Shown piece by piece: positions 28,780 to 46,961 of a stretch of 64,000 bases of DNA. How positions within the stretch are numbered: position 1 is the first letter of the stretch; each line of letters opens with the position of its first letter. Below the pieces are notes generated by a model. That model saw only the letters and a program-made list of their open reading frames with translations, searched no databases and was not told where the DNA came from. The translations under genes were made by a program, and so were the position numbers. The DNA is from Ministeria vibrans ATCC 50519 (taxonomy: Eukaryota > Protista > Filasterea), in contig CALSCP010002121.1 in the NCBI GenBank assembly GCA_943704425.1, forward strand, positions 106,624-170,623, in the 5' to 3' direction.

Positions 28780-29427
28780 TTAGGTCTCGATCGAATAGGA
28801 GAAGAGGGCGAGACGACGACCCGACGGCAGGCGACTCACGAGAAACACAGGCTTGGTGGCCGAGTCAAACTCGTCGGCAGAGTCGACATGAACGTAGTCA
28901 ATGGGAACAAGGGAAGACCACAGGGACCGTGCAGAATCGCTGTCCGTCTTGGACCAACTGTCCGTTCCGCGCGTGAGACGCCTTTGGAAATGAGCGAAAA
29001 CCTCTTCGACAGTGTTGAGCCTTTCCACAGAAGTGCCCGGCCAGCGCGATGCCTCTCCTACTCCCAGGGCCGGCAAGAGATCTCCTTTTGATGGAAAGAG
29101 ACCCACGAGGCAGCCAGCGTCCGTTTCGCTTTGCCAGTGAATGCGTTGTGGCGAGCGCGACCATTCGCAGAGCTGTTGGGCGACGCGACCGTCGTGAAGC
29201 ACCATTTCCGCTTGCGCCATTGCCTCGACGTCGCTGTCCGCATGCACAGTCAGCGTATGGCAACCCTCGTCGTCGCTTCGATGGTACACGCCCGACGGCC
29301 AGCGCCTGACAAATGCTTGGGAGGCACCAAGACGCGCGGTGATTTCATCGACGACGCCACTCTCGACAGGGTCCGCATTGGAGTTGGAGGGTGCCGCTGT
29401 AGCAGTCGTATGGGCTTGGGTTGACAT
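28780..29427 (-). CDS. NuiA (nuclease A inhibitor)-like domain protein
   Basis: Intronless 215-aa ORF. Its WQSETD motif and C-terminal PVFLVSRLPSGRRLALFSYSIET resemble the SE(S/T)D and terminal VET pattern of the NuiA family, from memory. Confidence 0.55.
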   Translation of the reverse strand: MSTQAHTTATAAPSNSNADPVESGVVDEITARLGASQAFVRRWPSGVYHRSDDEGCHTLTVHADSDVEAMAQAEMVLHDGRVAQQLCEWSRSPQRIHWQSETDAGCLVGLFPSKGDLLPALGVGEASRWPGTSVERLNTVEEVFAHFQRRLTRGTDSWSKTDSDSARSLWSSLVPIDYVHVDSADEFDSATKPVFLVSRLPSGRRLALFSYSIET

Positions 29428-29749
29428 TGTACGCAATAAGTAGGTGGAGCGTGTCAGATGTTGAAGCATACAGGAGGAAGGAAAATGTGAAAGTTCAAAG
29501 TTGAAACGCTTGATTCTTGAAGCTGCTGTCGGTGTCACGAGACTAACGACTGACGACAGTTACATCGTACATGTCGCGTGAGTTAAATTTATTGGGTTTG
29601 TGACATAGCACTGTACAGTGTACACAGTATACACCGGGGTGTCACGTACTTGTCAGAGCGAGGAGTGTCAGTGATCTGATTAGATTAGAGAAAGTCTTTT
29701 GATTTTCTTTGTCATTATTTTTTTGTTTTTAAAAATTAACTTCCCAATC

Positions 29750-30338
29750 ATGACTGACACACTTCCGGCCGATGGTAGTAGTGACTCTGTTCACTCTGGC
29801 CATTTGGTTGGTCAACCTGGCGAGGCAATGGAGGAATGGAAAATGCGCATTGAAAAGGTGAGAAAAGCGAAAGACAAACGAGTTTTTGATTCGTTTTCGA
29901 TGTGATTCTTTGTGGCGCCAAACCTCCTGTGACTTGAGCAGATATGTCATGGATTGGAGGAGGAGGTCAAAAGTGCCGAGCAGCGCATTGCAGTGAGCCA
30001 TCGTAAGACAGTCGTTGAAGAGAAAGAAGGAAAAAACGTTTTGCGCTCTTTTTCTCGCTACTTTAGGTGATGTGTGGGAATTGAACTGCTCTCTGTTGCT
30101 CTCCTCAAACCCCCAGCTGGTAGGATAGCATTTTGCACGCACGCTATGCAAAGCAACCAAGGCAACTGACGAAGGGTGTTTGCAGGAGGCAGAGTTTAAG
30201 GAATTGATGGACTCCGTTGCACATGAGCCGCACATGACAAGCTGCCCCGCACCGGCAACCACGCACACAAGCGACACATCTCTTACGCCCCCACAGGATT
30301 TGTCTGTCGCCGAACAGAGCGAACCAATGGAACTGTGA
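29750..30338 (+). CDS. Small 4-exon protein (~115 aa), weakly APC16-like
   Basis: In-phase exons 29750-29857, 29942-29972, 30067-30119 and 30186-30338 encode KMRIEKICHGLEEEVKSDVWELN. Confidence 0.5.
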
Positions 30339-30521
30339 ATCAAGTTGAAGTTTCGTATTTTGTTCTTCTTTCAACTCTTATTATGATTGTGCAAAATTGT
30401 ACTCTTACACACAATTTTCCACAAATAACACACACATACTCTCACGCACACACATAAGCGCGAGAAAAAAACAGCATCAAAATAACCAAGAAAAAAAAAC
30501 AGAGAAAAGACAGCGCGACGT

Positions 30522-32525
30522 CTACTGAAGTTCTTTGATCTGCTTAATGAGATAGATCTTCTCGTCGTTAAACTGCTCGTCTTCGCTGCGGTCCGTGTGG
30601 AACTTGGCAAGGTACTCAATGAGGCGGTCTTTGTTCTTCAGCAGAATGTCAAGCACCGGTTTCGCCTTGTTGGGATTTGCCACAAAGACCTAAACACACA
30701 AGTCAGCGAGCGAAGTGGGACACGACTGTGCGAGTCGGACCTTGAAGACGTGAAAGGCCTCGTATTGAATGTTGCGGGAGGAGTCGCGAAGGAGGTTCAT
30801 GGTGAGCTTGAGGTTGTCGGCGACGCCAATAAACTTGGTCATTGTGTTGAAGTTGGCACGATCCAGCAGAATCTCACCCAAAAGCTGGAGGGAGTAACAT
30901 TGAGGAGGAAAGAAATGCGCGTCAGCAGCGTTGGCCAGTCACTGTGGCAGTACCTTGAGCGACTGTCGCTTTGTAACGTAGTTCTCACTGTTGAGCAGTT
31001 TCATAAAAGATTCAAAGAACTGCACATGCAGGAATGACAACAAGAGCGGTCAAGACTCGACGCGTGATCATTCTGATTACCTTGTCATAGTTTTCGTCAA
31101 GGTACTCTGCACACATCGTCTTGTGCTTGGTGAGAAGATCTTTGAAGGTCGCATACGCATCACTGGCAATGTCAAAAGTGCTCAGCTCGACATAGCGAAA
31201 CAGACTGTCAAACTTGTCGGAGCGCAGGATAATTTTGGCCAGTGACTCGTGTCGGATGCACTCTCGCAACATTATTCCAGCCGACAGCGCAATCTCAGGA
31301 GTATCATATCTGATCATGACAAAGCGAGAAAGAGAGAAAGAGGAGAAGGAAAAAAACAAAGCGTTAGACGAAGAGCGAAGCAAAGCGTTAGAGGAAGAGC
31401 GAAACAAAGTGCGCGTGAGTGTGAGTGTACGTGCGTATGCGAGAGAGAAAAGGGAAAGAAATATGATAATAATAATAATAAAATGAATATAATAATAATT
31501 AATACAGTACCCTGCGAGCAAGTCAAAGAGAATCTTGTCGTGCGCCTGGATGTACTCCACTGTGGGAAACCTTTGTCCAATTTGCCGTCGTACAAGATTG
31601 TTAAAGATCAATGCACAATCTTTCTTCGCCTACACACACAGGTGCACAAAGGACCATGTCAGATGCAACGCTTATGCCAAACGCGATTCTCACCTCAAAG
31701 TCTAGCCGATCGAGATTCTCCACAAGCGGCCCCAAGACATTGTTCTGACACAGCTCGCTGGCCAACTGTCCCTTGAGCTCCGTGCTCGGCTCGTTCTCTA
31801 CGGTCAATAAGATTTGGTCAACAAACAAACATCATAGTTATTTTTAAGGGTTTGGCAAGTTTCGTTCTCAACACGTCACGCTCGCCCAAAAACGACACCG
31901 GCAGACATTGAACATCAAGATTCACGCATACACGTGCAGCACGCGACGCCCAACGCTGCCTATCTATTGCCTTGTCGTTTTTTTTCTTCAGCAAAGGGCG
32001 ATTTTGAAACAGCTTTCAAGAGACTGTGGGGCTTGATGGCCATTTCAAGTGCATTGGTGGGCAGGCAGGCAAACAGCAATATTGAATGCGAGGCAAAAGC
32101 AACGAGATTTCGACAGGAAAGAGGCGCACTGGTGCGAAACCAAAAACGTAAAATCAGGGGCAAAAAAGTCTTTTGGAGAAAAAAAAACGATGAGAGCGTC
32201 GTTTGCCTTACCCGAGTCGCCATAGAGCACCAGCTTGCATTGTCCCAGCAGCTTTCCAAGTTCTCCCGCGGCCTATTTCGACGGGGAGTGCGAGAGGGAG
32301 CGAGTGGATGAGAAAGAAGGTCAGATTGTCGAAGCGACGCTCGGGGCATCGCCCAGGCACCCAGGGGCGTCGAGCAGCACGCCACGATGCGTGTGCAAGT
32401 GTGCAGGGTGGAGTGCACAGCCACGGTACCTTTTCATTCGGTCGCGTCGCGAGAAACTCCTCAAAGGCTTTCGCCAGGTCCTGTGGTGATTTGATTTTAC
32501 TCTTGCCGCTGAAGAACTTGGCCAT
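30522..32525 (-). CDS. CAB39: MO25 / calcium-binding protein 39
   Basis: Motifs [68 protein letters not shown] and [16 protein letters not shown]. Confidence 0.95.
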
Positions 32526-32829
32526 GGTGTTTTACAAAGAGTACTCAGTAGAGAAAAAAAAATGAGAAATTGTTTATAGAGACTAGAGATAGGAGAATTT
32601 CAGAGATAAGTGACGACTATTGTGCGACTATTTGTGTCTCCGCTCCCTCTGACCCTCTCGACGCTCATGTAGGTTGTAGTAAATGTAGGCTGTACTTTGG
32701 CCTTTGCGTCATTGAGTAGCTCATGATTATTCTCATAACTTATAAAGACGAGTTTCAGTTTATTTGTTGACTTGTCATTCATTTGTGACTTTCACCTTTC
32801 TTTCTCTTTACTTCGTTCTTCACGTCTTA

Positions 32830-34461
32830 ATGCGCTTTAAAACGAGCGTGTCCAAGCTGGGGGCCACGGGCGAGAGCGACCGCGATCGCGTCCAACAGGG
32901 ACTAAATTCAAAAGCACAGCCACTCACGACCCACAGCGACTTTGCCACTTGCGTTGCGTGGACCAGCAACACAGACCTCTATTCGTTGGGTGATGACCGC
33001 AGAATGCTTCGATGGGACTCAGAGAGGTGGGCACAAACGACGGAAACAACAAAAAAAGAATCGGTGGCAACGCACCAAATACCGTTGTCCAGCGTGTTTT
33101 CTTGCAATTGAGAGCACCCTACACCCAGCTTGCTATGTTGTTGGCCTCTTATATGCAGTATGGTTACTTTCTGTTGCGTAGAATGCAAGCAAGCGTGGTG
33201 GCTACGTTTCCCGAGACGCTTTTTCCGACGACCCTTGACGTTTCCTTGACAAGTTCAAAAAAGGGAACAAGCACGACAGGGGAGATTTTTGTTGTTGGGG
33301 CGTCAGACGGCTTTATGCATCTGGTCACGTCAAAGCAGGTGCGGGCGGTTTAATTTGTCATGTTCGTCGTGACTATAAGCGTTGTGACACTGATTGGCGT
33401 GCTCGAACTTGTTTTGGTTTATTTGATTTTAGGGACGTGTTGACAAATCCGTTGAGGCACACCAAGGGGCCGTGCTGTGTGTCAAATGGAATCAGACCGG
33501 GTCGGCTATTGCGAGCGTGGGCGAAGATGGCCAAGTGAAGGTGTGGTCTCCGAGCGGGATGCTCCGCACACAGTTGGGCCAGCACGACGTGCCAGTGTAC
33601 GCGTGTGCGTGGAGCCCCGACTCGGAGAGTATTGCTTACTCACAGGGACGTCACATGATGATCAAAGCCCTACAGCCAGGCATCAAAGATACCGCGTGGA
33701 AGGCTCACGAAGGACTTGTTCTCAACGTACTCCTCTCTTTTCATGGCGTTTTATTTACTTATTATTATTTTTGTACTTTTTTTTTTTTAGGTTGATTGGA
33801 GTTCGGCAAACAACACGCTTGTGACGTCGGGAGAGGATAAGAAGTATCGAGTGTGGGACAGCTATGGACGAGTGTTGTACGTGTCGCACGTGAATGACTA
33901 TGCGATTACGGCGCTACGATGGGCGCCCGATGGGAGCATGTTCGCCGTGGGCTCGTACAACATGCTGCGGCTGTGCGACCGGGCCGGGTGGTCTCATGCG
34001 GTGGAGCGCACGAGCGGTGGATCGTTGTTTGGTGTGGCATGGACCCCGGATGGGACGCAGCTGGGTGGGGCGTGTGCGACGGGGCAGATTGCGGTGGCTC
34101 TGGTGGTGGAGCGCAAACTTGAGTGGAAGAACTACGAGGCCGTGGTGCTCGACGAGAGTCGCATTTTGGTGCGTGACGTCATTCACGACACACGCGAGAC
34201 GTTGGAGTTTGCAGAGCGCATTGTCAAGGTGGCGAGAGTAAAAATGGGGTGGTGCACACATTAATGCCAAGAACACATTACTTGTGTCATATTTTATCAT
34301 TTACAGGTGTCGATGAGACATGGGCATTTGCTGGTGGTAACACGCACGCAGTGTGCCATTTATGGGTAAGTTTATTATTATTATGTTTGTTATATATTAT
34401 TGAATCATACCGTGTCATTACACTTACACTTGTACCATTCCGAATTTCCGAAGAGGTTGAA

Positions 34462-34545
<84 letters not shown>

Positions 34546-34976
34546 AAACAACGTCTTTATGTTCGCGTCTCACTATGTGTGTCTGTCAGAGTCCAGCGGT
34601 GGAGTTCGCCTGTACTGGTGGACCTGCGGGCGGGCACGGTGACACTACTGGTGCAGGCGGGCAAAGTGTTTGTGCTTGGCGATGCGGCTGGGCTGCATGT
34701 GTACGGTTATGACGGCCGACATCGCAGCAGCCCCAAGGGCGCCAACATGGCGTCACTGGCTGGGCGTGGAGACCAGCTGTTAAGCGAGCGCACTGTGTCG
34801 CTTGCCAATGACACACTCGTCGTGCGTGATGTTGCCGATGAGCGCTCGGTGCACGTATTTGATGTGGCAACAGGAAAACCGCTGGGCGTTAACAACACCA
34901 ATGCACCCGCCGTGCGCCACGACATTCCCATCATGGAGGTAAAAATCTCAATATGCGACAACTAAGGGTGTGTGTA

Positions 34977-35007
<31 letters not shown>

Positions 35008-36301
35008 GTACATATTTTGTATGTGTGATTAATTCAATCTTTTATTTTTTTATTTTTCATCTCCTTGCTTGGTCTCTGTCTCTCTGTGTTGCTTTCATGG
35101 CAGATTCATATCAACCAGGGGGGAAACCAGCTTGAGGCACTGCTGGCGGTTGTTGACAAGAACCGTGATCTCTACCTCACGCCACTGCGCAAGGCCACTA
35201 TCGACTTTGTTAAGGTATAATATTATTAGAAAATATATTTTTTAGCACTAGCGAGTTTTATTCTCATCGTTTTGTCACATCAGATTGGAACAATGGTGAA
35301 CTCAGTGCAGTGGCACGACGAGGCGAACATGCTAGTGGGGATCCTAGATGCGCACTTTGTAACATGGTTTTATCCGAATGTGTTCTTTGTCGATCGGGAC
35401 ATTGCGCGGGCGACGCGGGTTGATTCGGACGCCACGTCGTTCGGCAAGCACGCGACGCTGGTTAACGTGTACGAGAGCAGTGCACTGGTGCGCCGCAACG
35501 ATGGTGCACTTCTACCTGCTTTGCTGTCACCCTATCCACAGCAGCTGCTTGCACTGGTGCAGGCCGACCGATGGGCTGACGCAGTGCGGCTCTGTCGCTT
35601 TGTCAAGGTTCCTGCGCTATGGGCGTCGCTGGCTGCGCTCGCCATGTACCAGCGCGACCTCAACACCGCCGAGGTGGCATACGCTGCCATTGAAGAGCTT
35701 GATAAGGTACACTATGTGCAGTACATGAAGACCATCCCGACAGCGGAGGCGCGCAATGCTGAGTTTGCGCTCTTTCGGCGCGCGTACGCCGAGGCCGAGA
35801 CCACCCTCATCCAAGCCAACCTCATCTTCCGTGCCATCAAGATGCACTTGGATCTCTTCAACTTTGACCGGTGAGTATCTCAAATGTCAATTTTCTACAA
35901 CCTCACCTGCTCTGCGTGTGTACGCCTCTCCTCTTTTTAGTGCGCTTGACTTGGCAATCAAATACAAGACTCATGTGGACACGGTGCTCTTTTTTCGTCG
36001 AAAGTACCTAAGGACGTTTGGGCGCGAAGAGGTTCAAAACACTCATCGAACAAGCGAGAGCGAGACTAAAATTCTAATACGCTGTTTTTTTTTTAGGATC
36101 AGGATCGCTTTTTGCAGTATCGTGAAGGAGTCGAACTGGACTGGGAAAAGATCGAAAAGAAGGTACGCAAAAATATTAATGGCTTCTTCTTCTAATATTA
36201 TTGTGATTTGGGTTATCTGATCTGCATTCTGTGGTGTGACGTAGATGGAAATGGAGCTCGAAGCGGAAAAGAATCGTCCCGGTGCGAGACCCTATGTTTG
36301 A
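32830..36301 (+). CDS. IFT80: Intraflagellar transport protein 80
   Basis: MRFKTS start; WD40 repeats ([36 protein letters not shown]); [14 protein letters not shown]; [16 protein letters not shown]. Confidence 0.95.
34462..34543. repeat. Intronic (TAT)n microsatellite
   Basis: Visible directly; lies in an IFT80 intron. Confidence 0.97.
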
Positions 36302-36546
36302 GACCTTTTTAAAGAAATGAAAGCAAAGCATTAAGAGCTCTACTCATCATTGGGTTATGAATGCTTTTCAAGTTTTGAACGCTTTTTTCGCTTGTACAGT
36401 GGGCAGTGGACTCGTGATACAGTGCGCGAGACGTTCGCTTTGGCGTTACTTTATGAGCTCACTATGAGCTTATTGAACATCGGATGATTTGGGTCTTCAA
36501 TTGAAACTTGAAAGAATAATAACTTATTACTTTTCTTTGCTCCGTC

Positions 36547-42202
<5,656 letters not shown>

Positions 42203-42593
42203 TTTTGTTGTTGTTGTGTGTGTCTTTTTTGTTTTTTTTATCTATGTGTGTCTCAGTGTGTTTGTGTTTCAATGTCGTTTTTCAACAACAACAATACAGC
42301 AAGAAATGTCAAGTGTGTTTCTCTCCATCCGACTTTTATTTTCCATAGCGTATGTCTACCTAGTTCATGAGCAGTCAGAGTTGTAGTTATTGTAGAATTG
42401 TTAAAAGTATTATAATAATTAGAAGAATACAACCCATTTATTAATGATACAGTCACCCCGCGAAGACACAGCCAGACCGCCTTGCAAACTCAACCGAAAC
42501 TCTAGAGGTAAAATGGGAGAACACTCAGAACAGTGGCGGGTCATAGTTATTTCTGGTGTCTTATTTAACATTAATTTTTCATACAATTCATCT

Positions 42594-44058
42594 ATGCGGT
42601 CAGCTGCGAAAGTATTGTCACTTATGACGCTCATTGTTGCCACCTTAATACTCGTGGTGGGGTGGCACAGCCGTGGTGTAACGGTTGGAAGCCCCGAGGT
42701 GGAGAGCATTGTCGTCAGTGAGCGCTCTGCGTCACCACCGTCCATCCCACCGCAGTCAGCAGGACACGAGCTGGCCAAGAGCGATGTTGAACGCAGTCAA
42801 GTTGCAAATAATGAGCCTCCAGTGGTGGCAAGACGGGAGGAGGAGATCAAGGAGGAGGCGGAGGAGGACAAAGGGCCAATGGACGACGAGTCAAAGCGCA
42901 TCAGCGACGAATTTCACAATTCGGGCATTACGGGGCCATTCAAGGGGGTGTACGCCCCGTCTCAAGTGAGAGAATTGTTAGACCTGTCACGAGTGGTGAA
43001 GCGTTGGCAGTTTGGCTGGAAGACCGATCCACAACTGAAGCATGAGCCTTGGAGTTTTTCGTGCATCGGCTACAACTCGAAGTGTCTTCGCCTCGCACTC
43101 GAGCCACGCCTTCTCAAGCTTGTACACGCAGTACTGGGACGTGACATACTCCTCTTTGGAATGGAATGGGTCGATCGACGGCCCGGCTCTGGACACCTGT
43201 GGCACACGGACGCAATGAGTGTGCGTTGCGGCAGCAAAGTTGTCCTCAACGTCTGGCTTGGACTACACGAGGTCGAACATGCGACGTCGCCCTATGTAAT
43301 CAGCCACACGAGCCGCATACAGAGCCTTGTGAGCGACATTCATGATTTGGGGCCGGTAATAGGCGCTTCTGTCGGGAACTACACAGATCCAGTGGTGACC
43401 AAAGCAACGAGCGTACGACATTAATATTTGATTGTTTCTCTTTGTTACAAGCAATGACGTGCCCTGTCTTTGACGCGGAATGTATGTCGTATTGTGTGAA
43501 TTTGCTTCTCATGATGATGATGTTTTTTTTTTTTTTTTCTGGGGGGGGGGGGNNNNNNNNNNTATTAATTATTTACAATTTTTCATCAATATTCAATAAT
43601 TATTTTGTTTAGACTATGCGCGTAAGAACGGAAGCAAGGAGGCGGAGGTGGTGCATCGGGCGATGGAGGTGGGTGACGTGATGCTGTGGGACATGTGGAC
43701 TTGGCACATGGCTCTCAACCCGCTAGCTAATAACCGGTACAACAACGCACACAAACGAGCGGAGGACTTTTGTCCTCTCTTCTGAATCTGCTGCTTTGCA
43801 ACTCAATGATGTGTGTGTGTGTGTGTGTGTACTTTCAGACGTGCAATGACAATCCGGTACACGACACCCGACTGTGCGATTCGACAGCCGCTGACGTACG
43901 AAACGCCCGTAACCTTCAAGGAGGCGACGCCACCGCCAACAGTACTGGTGCGCGACGGGCGTATTGCCTCACCCGCACACGTTGCACGTGTCCGCGCGCT
44001 GTACCCAAACCGCAATTGGATTGCGAACGACGTTCTTCCCGCGCACGAGGGGCTTTGA
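42594..44058 (+). CDS. Signal-anchored PhyH-family 2-oxoglutarate/Fe(II) dioxygenase (paralog A)
   Basis: N-terminal hydrophobic anchor; HLWHTD (HxD), NVWLGL and distal TWH. One exon junction near the N gap at 43553-43562 is unresolved. Confidence 0.75.
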
Positions 44059-44312
44059 GTTTGGACCATTGAGCAACGCAGGTGTACTAATAATATTATT
44101 ATTATAATAAGACGTATAATATTTTCATTATTTATTTTATTTTGACTTGAGAATGTAATACAGACAAACAAACGCACATAAACACACACACACATACACG
44201 AGAGAGGAGGGGGAGAGAGAGGAGGGGGAGAGAGAGAAACAAAGTGATAGAGAGAGAGAAACAAAGTGATAGAGAGAGAAACAAAGTGATAGAGAGAACA
44301 AACGTGTGGGCG

Positions 44313-45395
44313 CTATGCGATAAAGGAAGTAAAGTTGTTGTGGGGGTGGCGGCGGAGGAAGGCCGAGTCGGGCTCGGGGACGGCTGTGCGGTTGCGCACA
44401 AGAAGGACGGGTGGGAGTTGGTCGTAAAACGTGATGACGGGCGGTTCGAAGTTTTTCGGACGGCGGATGGGACAGTCGGGAGTGGTGTAGCGCAAGAGAA
44501 AGGCGTCGCGCGGTAATGCCGTTGGGTTGACTGTGGCGTGCCACGTGCGGAAGGACCAGACGCCTGCCCAGCCATCCTGCATGGTCGGGTGGAGCAGGTG
44601 GGCGCTGGGCTGGCCGTGCAAATGGGCATAGCGCACGAGCTGATCGCCGTAGTGCAGCAGTTCGCTCGTCGAGAACTTGCCCAATAAAGGCACCTTTACG
44701 GCTTCGTTCGCCATGGGACCTACCAGGTGGCTGTACGGAATGAGGTAGGGTGCCGTGTCGTTATTGATGTTGTTCAGGCCAATCCACACGTTGATCAGCT
44801 GCGACTCTTTGCAGTTGAGTGCCTCGACGCCACTGTGCCACATTTGCGACGTGTCTGGGGCGCGATGTACTCGATCGATGGCAAAGAGAATAAATTCGGG
44901 GCCAAGCAGCTGCTCGACGACATCGAGGACGGCCGGTCGCAAACCCAGCGTGCGACATTCGGGGACGTACGCCAGACACGACATGTACCAGCGCGCATCC
45001 TCCTTGCGGTCCGGCCCGGGTCTTCGCAGAATCTCCCACTTGCGCCACGCTTGTCGGGCCATGCGAATGTCGTCGGCGTCGAACGCCTTGAACGCCGGCA
45101 CGTATCCCTTTTTGGCGAACATTTCCTTGAGCGGCATGTCTCCCGCCGCATCATAACCCGTGCGCATTTCGACATTCTCTCCGCCTTTGGGGTGTGTGCT
45201 GACGACGACAGGCGACTTGAAAACGTGTGCAACCTCCTCGCGACGCGTCAGTGGCGGAGGGGGCGGCACAACGACGTCATCGTCGGCACCGTCACCAGAA
45301 GCCCCCGTGCCCGCAACGATGAACCCAACGGCAATGCATGTGAGCACACACACAACAGCAACGGCGACTGGGATCTTTTTAAGGCGAAGGATCAT
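44313..45395 (-). CDS. Signal-anchored PhyH-family dioxygenase (paralog B)
   Basis: Single ORF with an N-terminal anchor, MWHSGVE, NVWIGL and TWHATVNP. RYTTPDCPIRRP is shared with paralog A. Confidence 0.75.
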   Translation of the reverse strand: MILRLKKIPVAVAVVCVLTCIAVGFIVAGTGASGDGADDDVVVPPPPPLTRREEVAHVFKSPVVVSTHPKGGENVEMRTGYDAAGDMPLKEMFAKKGYVPAFKAFDADDIRMARQAWRKWEILRRPGPDRKEDARWYMSCLAYVPECRTLGLRPAVLDVVEQLLGPEFILFAIDRVHRAPDTSQMWHSGVEALNCKESQLINVWIGLNNINNDTAPYLIPYSHLVGPMANEAVKVPLLGKFSTSELLHYGDQLVRYAHLHGQPSAHLLHPTMQDGWAGVWSFRTWHATVNPTALPRDAFLLRYTTPDCPIRRPKNFEPPVITFYDQLPPVLLVRNRTAVPEPDSAFLRRHPHNNFTSFIA

Positions 45396-45615
45396 TTAAA
45401 AAATGAAAAATTATTATAATTATTTTTATTCATCGTTGATGCCTCAAAAAAAATGTAACATAAACTACTGGTACATCCGTGATTAGTGTCAAGTCGCAAC
45501 AATTGCACCAAAATATGAAACGTTTGAAAATTTCAAGTCCTTCCGAAATATCAACGAGCATTAAATGGATGATGAAATGCTTAATGTGTAAGTATTAGAC
45601 TGAAGGGATTCGCGC

Positions 45616-46819
45616 TTAAGCGGAGAGGGCTTTTTGCGCAGCTGCAACAATGGATTCGATGCTCTCCGCGAGCGACTCAAACACGCCGCTCGACTCGTAC
45701 GCGTGCATGTCGAGAGCCACGTCACAGCTCTCCTTGACAACGCGCTCGGCATCGCCAGCAAAGCGCTGTAGTACCGGCAGACACGTCTCGGTCGCCACCG
45801 AGCCCAGTGCCTCGGCACACTCGTGCCGTACCATGGGATTAGTGTCTTCTTCCAGAGCCTATTGCACACAAAATACAAATCAGGTCAGATTGTGATAGGA
45901 TTGTGTTCGCTCACTCGTTGAAGACCCTCAGCCGAGACGGGATGTTGCATTTGGCCAAGGACATATGCAATTTCGTGACGAAAGAGAGCACTCTTGTCGT
46001 GGAATCCGGCGACCAGCGCAAGAACGCTCTCTTCACTGTTGCGGTTGCGCAGTGCAAACATGGCTCGGTAGCGCTCGAACAGAGGACGACTCGTGTCCAA
46101 AAGATGTTCACGTAACGTAGACGTCTCCAAGGGCGCTGCATCCTCTGAGTCAACGGCCTTTTCGCAAGGTGGCGCCGGATCGACACTCGAGAAGAGTCTG
46201 TGTGTGTGTATGTGTGTGTGTGTGAAACTGGTGAGAGATGGAACATGAAGGAGCGTACGGGTCCGGAGCACCGGCTGCCTCTGCCTTTTGCGCCATGACC
46301 CATTCAACACGCTGGATTGCAATTTGGCATGTCTCTGCAACTTCAACGGTCTCGTCGTGTTCATACTTGCGCAAGACATCCAACACATTGGGAGCTGCGA
46401 TCGCTCCGAGCGCCTCGGCCGCCTCGTGGCGCACCATTACTTGCTGCTTTGTATTGTCGAGTACGTCAATCAACAGAGGCACTGCATGGGGGTCTGTGAA
46501 GTCGAGGAGAACAGCGAAGCGAGAGGAGGGTTGAGAAGACGACGCGACGAAAAGGCGCAGGCACACCTTGCATCTGGCCCAGGCAGTAGGCGCACTCGTG
46601 CTTGAGCAGCTCACTGTCAGAGGCAAACGAACGCGCGATAGCATCGATTGCAGCCGGTCCATTGAGCGTACGAAGCACAAAGAGGGCACGAAAGCGCAAG
46701 GGAAGCGGCACGCGTTCGTTGGCGATCACGTCGCCAAGCTAAATCCAAAGAGAAGTCGAATCAGGATGCACGCCAAGCGGAAACAGTACCTGTGGAATGA
46801 CTACGTCTCTGTCGACCAT
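45616..46819 (-). CDS. DOHH: Deoxyhypusine hydroxylase
   Basis: Four HE motifs ([46 protein letters not shown]) and SVDPAPP. Confidence 0.95.
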
Positions 46820-46961
46820 TCTTAGCAACACTAATAATAATATTAAGAAAACTGAAAAAATAATTAATTGTGTGTGAAATAGATCAAATTGAAAATCTCA
46901 ACTCAGTTATTACCTGTTATTTCAAGCTAAACCGCTGTCTTGTTCCGTTCAGCAGGCGACG

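Noticed and set aside
43413-43612. Apparent frameshift or pseudogenisation of PhyH paralog A
   Set aside because: The phase mismatch spans an N gap (43553-43562) that could hide a micro-exon, so it cannot be called.
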